64,000 bases of DNA from Zygnema circumcarinatum SAG 698-1b (Eukaryota > Plantae > Zygnematophyceae), in assembly GCA_037447605.1 (NCBI GenBank), contig CM074805.1, positions 4,993,361-5,057,360 of the forward strand, given 5' to 3'. The notes under the pieces were generated by a model that saw only the letters and a program-made list of their open reading frames with translations, searched no databases and was not told where the DNA came from. Positions 60,937 through 64,000 of this stretch are shown here, piece by piece; the stretch's first letter is position 1; each line of letters begins with the position of its first letter. The position numbers and the translations under genes were made by a program.

Positions 60937-61153
60937 CTGTACGGCACTAATCGCGATACGATACTCGGGTAGTTACTTTAGGAAGTGGCCCTCTAAAAAG
61001 TCAGCGCCAATGCGCGGAATGTGGCAGCAGGGTAGGGGCGCTTCGTAAAGTCAGGGCGCTCTCTCTCCCTCGAGCAGGGCTCAACTGAACTGAACCCCTG
61101 AAAGGGCTGGCATTGCTGCTGCTGCTGCGAGGCGAGGCGAGGAGGGGCGAGCC

Positions 61154-64000
61154 ATGGCTGCTGTAGAGGAGATCTTAGCGCCTGAAGGCAGCGTAGACGC
61201 GCATGAGGATGGGGAGAAGCTCAGCAAAAGGTCGGCCCGCCTCCCTCGCTCTCGCCCGCTTGTCGCTGCCTTGCAAGTAAAGTAAGGAGGGCTTCATCTC
61301 ATTTGGCAGCAGGGGGAGTGTGGGGGCAGTGAGCTGAAGCGGAGAGCGAAGCTGGAACAGAAGGCGCGGGAGAAAGAGGAAAAGGAACGCCAAAAGGTCT
61401 TTCGGTTTGCTCCTTCCCATCGCCTTTCGTGGACCGTCTTTCGGATGTTTGCTTTTTTTTTTTTTTTGGGCTTCATTTCAATTCACTCTTTGTGGGGGGC
61501 TGCAATGTAAAGGCCAAATTTTCGATAGAAGCACCCTTTCTGTTAGGCCTCGTAGACTTAGCTATTCTCTTCCCTTTACAAGTAATTGATGATCCTCAAA
61601 CGAGTAAGAAGAAGTCTCTCTACTTTGTAGAAATAGAAACCGTACATACGTATCTATACGTGTTTAGTTAGAGGATTTTTTGGAAATAATCTCGAGTTAG
61701 TAGATGTTTTGTTTATCTTTTTTAGACATACATGCCGCAAGTTCATCTCGTCCATATGGGCATTAATCTGTTAATCGGGTTTTGTTTTTCAAGAATAGAA
61801 CTCTGGCTCTTGCTGTTCTTTTGCCAGCAACATACTTACGAATATAGTTGCAGATTGATTTGTAACTGATGCAGTACTGCGGACACATTTGAACACTCAT
61901 TAAAAGTTGAAATTTAGTTCGTCCCATTGACGGTTGACCATCGTGAACAATTGCAAATCATCTCTGGTAGCCTTGCGCTGATTACATGAATGTTTTTGTC
62001 TGAAAAAAAATAAGACATGCAGCTAGAGTACTTTTCTAGGGTCAAATTTGCTGTACTATTTGTCATTGTTTTTCAGTAATATTTTATATCGTTTTTACAA
62101 CAATTAGTGAAGTCTGTGTGCGAAACAAGGTGTGGAATCTTTCTTCGTTCTACAAATGTGCCAACAGTTTGGCATGGTCAATGGAATCAGAAATATAACA
62201 GGCCAGGCCAGGCTTGGCTAAAAATGAATGCCAGAATGCCAGTCTCCTCTAGGCTTGATTTGCAGCCAGGCTGCAAGTTTTTGTCTTGCGAGCGTTTACA
62301 TGTATTGATTGAAGATAAGCTTTTACTCCAGCAACCTTGTTTTTTTCTAGGGTGATGATTATTGTAGCTTCTTTTACGAACAATGTGGGAGTTATATTGT
62401 ACATTTGTGAAGCTTGTTGTTTATGCAGCCGGTGAAGATGCATTCGTTTCCACTGGCATTGCTGGCACAGTACACCGGGCCTGCCTTGAAACTGCTCCTC
62501 CTGTCTTCTTGCTTTTGACTTCCTATTTGTTTCGTGTTCTGTATAAGGATCACGATGTGGGCAATGTCCTTAAGAATTTCAAGCAGCGTAGACGTTTCTG
62601 TCTGACTGGTCGACCGTGGATGGTGCTGCTGCAGGCACTAAAAGAGGCGGAGACAAAGCCAAAGGCGGAGAAGGCCAAAGGAGGTGATGAGGATGACGAA
62701 GAGCTTGACCCGACGGTGTGTACAGGGTTGTTGTCTTTACAGCCTGAAATAGAGCGATGAACGCTATTCTAAGCATCATCTGTGATTCCTAGTTCTTGTA
62801 TTTTGCATGTAGGCTGTCTTCTTTGAATTTTTTGCTCGTGCAAACGGCATGTATACCTTGAATTGCAACAATTTGCTGCTAACTCCAAGCAGTGAAATGG
62901 ATTTTGTGATCTTTCAAGCATGGCGTGGTCCGATATTCTCCATGTTCCAGCTTGAATTATAAAGCAGATATGTAGTTTTTCGTTGTTGGATACCGTTGTT
63001 GGTTTGTTTAGACGTTGTCTTCGACGACGACTTGGCAGCGTAGGCGGCCCTTCTGTTGGATGATCTGTCTGCTATCTGGTGTTGGCAGCAATACTTCAAC
63101 AATCGGCTGCGCCAGGTGGATGGTGCAAAGAGCGGGGGAGGGAATCCGTACCCTCACAAGTTTCACACCTCGATCCGCATACCTGAATATGTGGCTCGTT
63201 ACACTGGGCTCGAAGCAGGGCAACAGCTGGAGGAGGAGGTCTCCCTTGCTGGTGAGCAGGAGCTGTGCACAGAGGCAGATTACAGAGCTTCTGACTTCTA
63301 ATTCTTAGTGTGGTGTAGACCTGGTCTCTTGTATTTATGGTATATTCAAGGTAACCATTCTCATATTCAAGTTCTTGGGAGTGATCTTTGCAGGAAGAGT
63401 AATGCGCAAGGCAGCATCTGGAACGAAACTTATATTTTATGATCTTCACGGGGAGGGTTGCAAGATTCAAGTTATGGCTGATGCGCGGTAAAGCACAGCA
63501 AGATGCCCTCCTCCCTGCCAAGCAGAGGGCCGGGCCACAGAGATGATGCATGCGGCTCCGCAGCAGCAGGGCGAGAGAGTAAGGAGGAGAGGGTCCAGCT
63601 GTCTGTCTGTCTGCCTGCCTGCCTGACTATTGGCGTGTACTTGAATGCTGCCCATAGTTGGTCTAGGGTATCTATTTTTTTTTTTGCTTCTCTTTCATTT
63701 TTTTGGTATGACGTTTTTGTGACTTTTTTTGTAGACTGAAGCCCGTTTCACGTGCGCATACAGTGGTCAATGATGTTGAGGCTGGCAGGGCAACAGCCAT
63801 TGCTTTGCATTAATATGCTTTGAAAAGCGTGCTTGCGGGAGATGGGGGCGATTGTAGGAATGCCGGACTGGAGGAAGTCGAGTTTGTGAAACTGCACTCG
63901 AGCATAAAGAGAGGCGACATTGTGGGTATTGTGGGACATCCAGGTGAGGTCCTTCACCAGTGGCTTGGTCATTGAAGCGCTGAACTCAAGCAAGGAGGGC
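61154..64000 (+). CDS. KARS: Lysyl-tRNA synthetase, cytosolic class II (5' part; runs off window)
   Basis: [111 protein letters not shown]. Confidence 0.95.

Noticed and set aside
1-64000. Functional gene cluster (isoprenoid: SPS + FTA; tRNA: TGT + LysRS)
   Set aside because: Housekeeping genes tens of kb apart with unrelated neighbours; no evidence of a pathway cluster.

Overview
Intron-rich nuclear DNA from a green-plant-lineage eukaryote. A streptophyte alga such as a zygnematophyte is my inference from gene structure, composition and gene content; it is not proven. The scaffold has several 10-N gaps. I can support 11 spliced protein genes: solanesyl diphosphate synthase (3' end cut off), a subtilase with a ~780-aa Pro-rich tail, LARP6, plastid PGDH, queuine tRNA-ribosyltransferase, OCP3-like homeobox protein, a cyanobacterial-type LpxB-like protein, ACX4, NCS1/PLUTO, prenyltransferase alpha subunit, and cytosolic LysRS (3' end cut off). 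The subtilase is split by a young Ty1/copia element inserted in its catalytic-Ser exon (GATCT target duplication). The 5.6-15 kb intergenic block is a nest of non-autonomous DNA transposons: two Mutator-like foldbacks with 8-bp TSDs, and an AGGGGG-TIR family flanked by ANT trinucleotides. The most unusual object is a 5.7-kb AGGGGG-TIR element (7949-13619). Its two diverged arms each carry an inward-facing promoter-like module, a (TGC)n tract and a conserved 70-nt tRNA-Cys-like cloverleaf with a 6-nt anticodon loop. Gene spans are first to last codon; exon positions were placed by eye and are approximate. Most ORFs in the supplied track are artefacts of simple repeats or GC-rich sequence.
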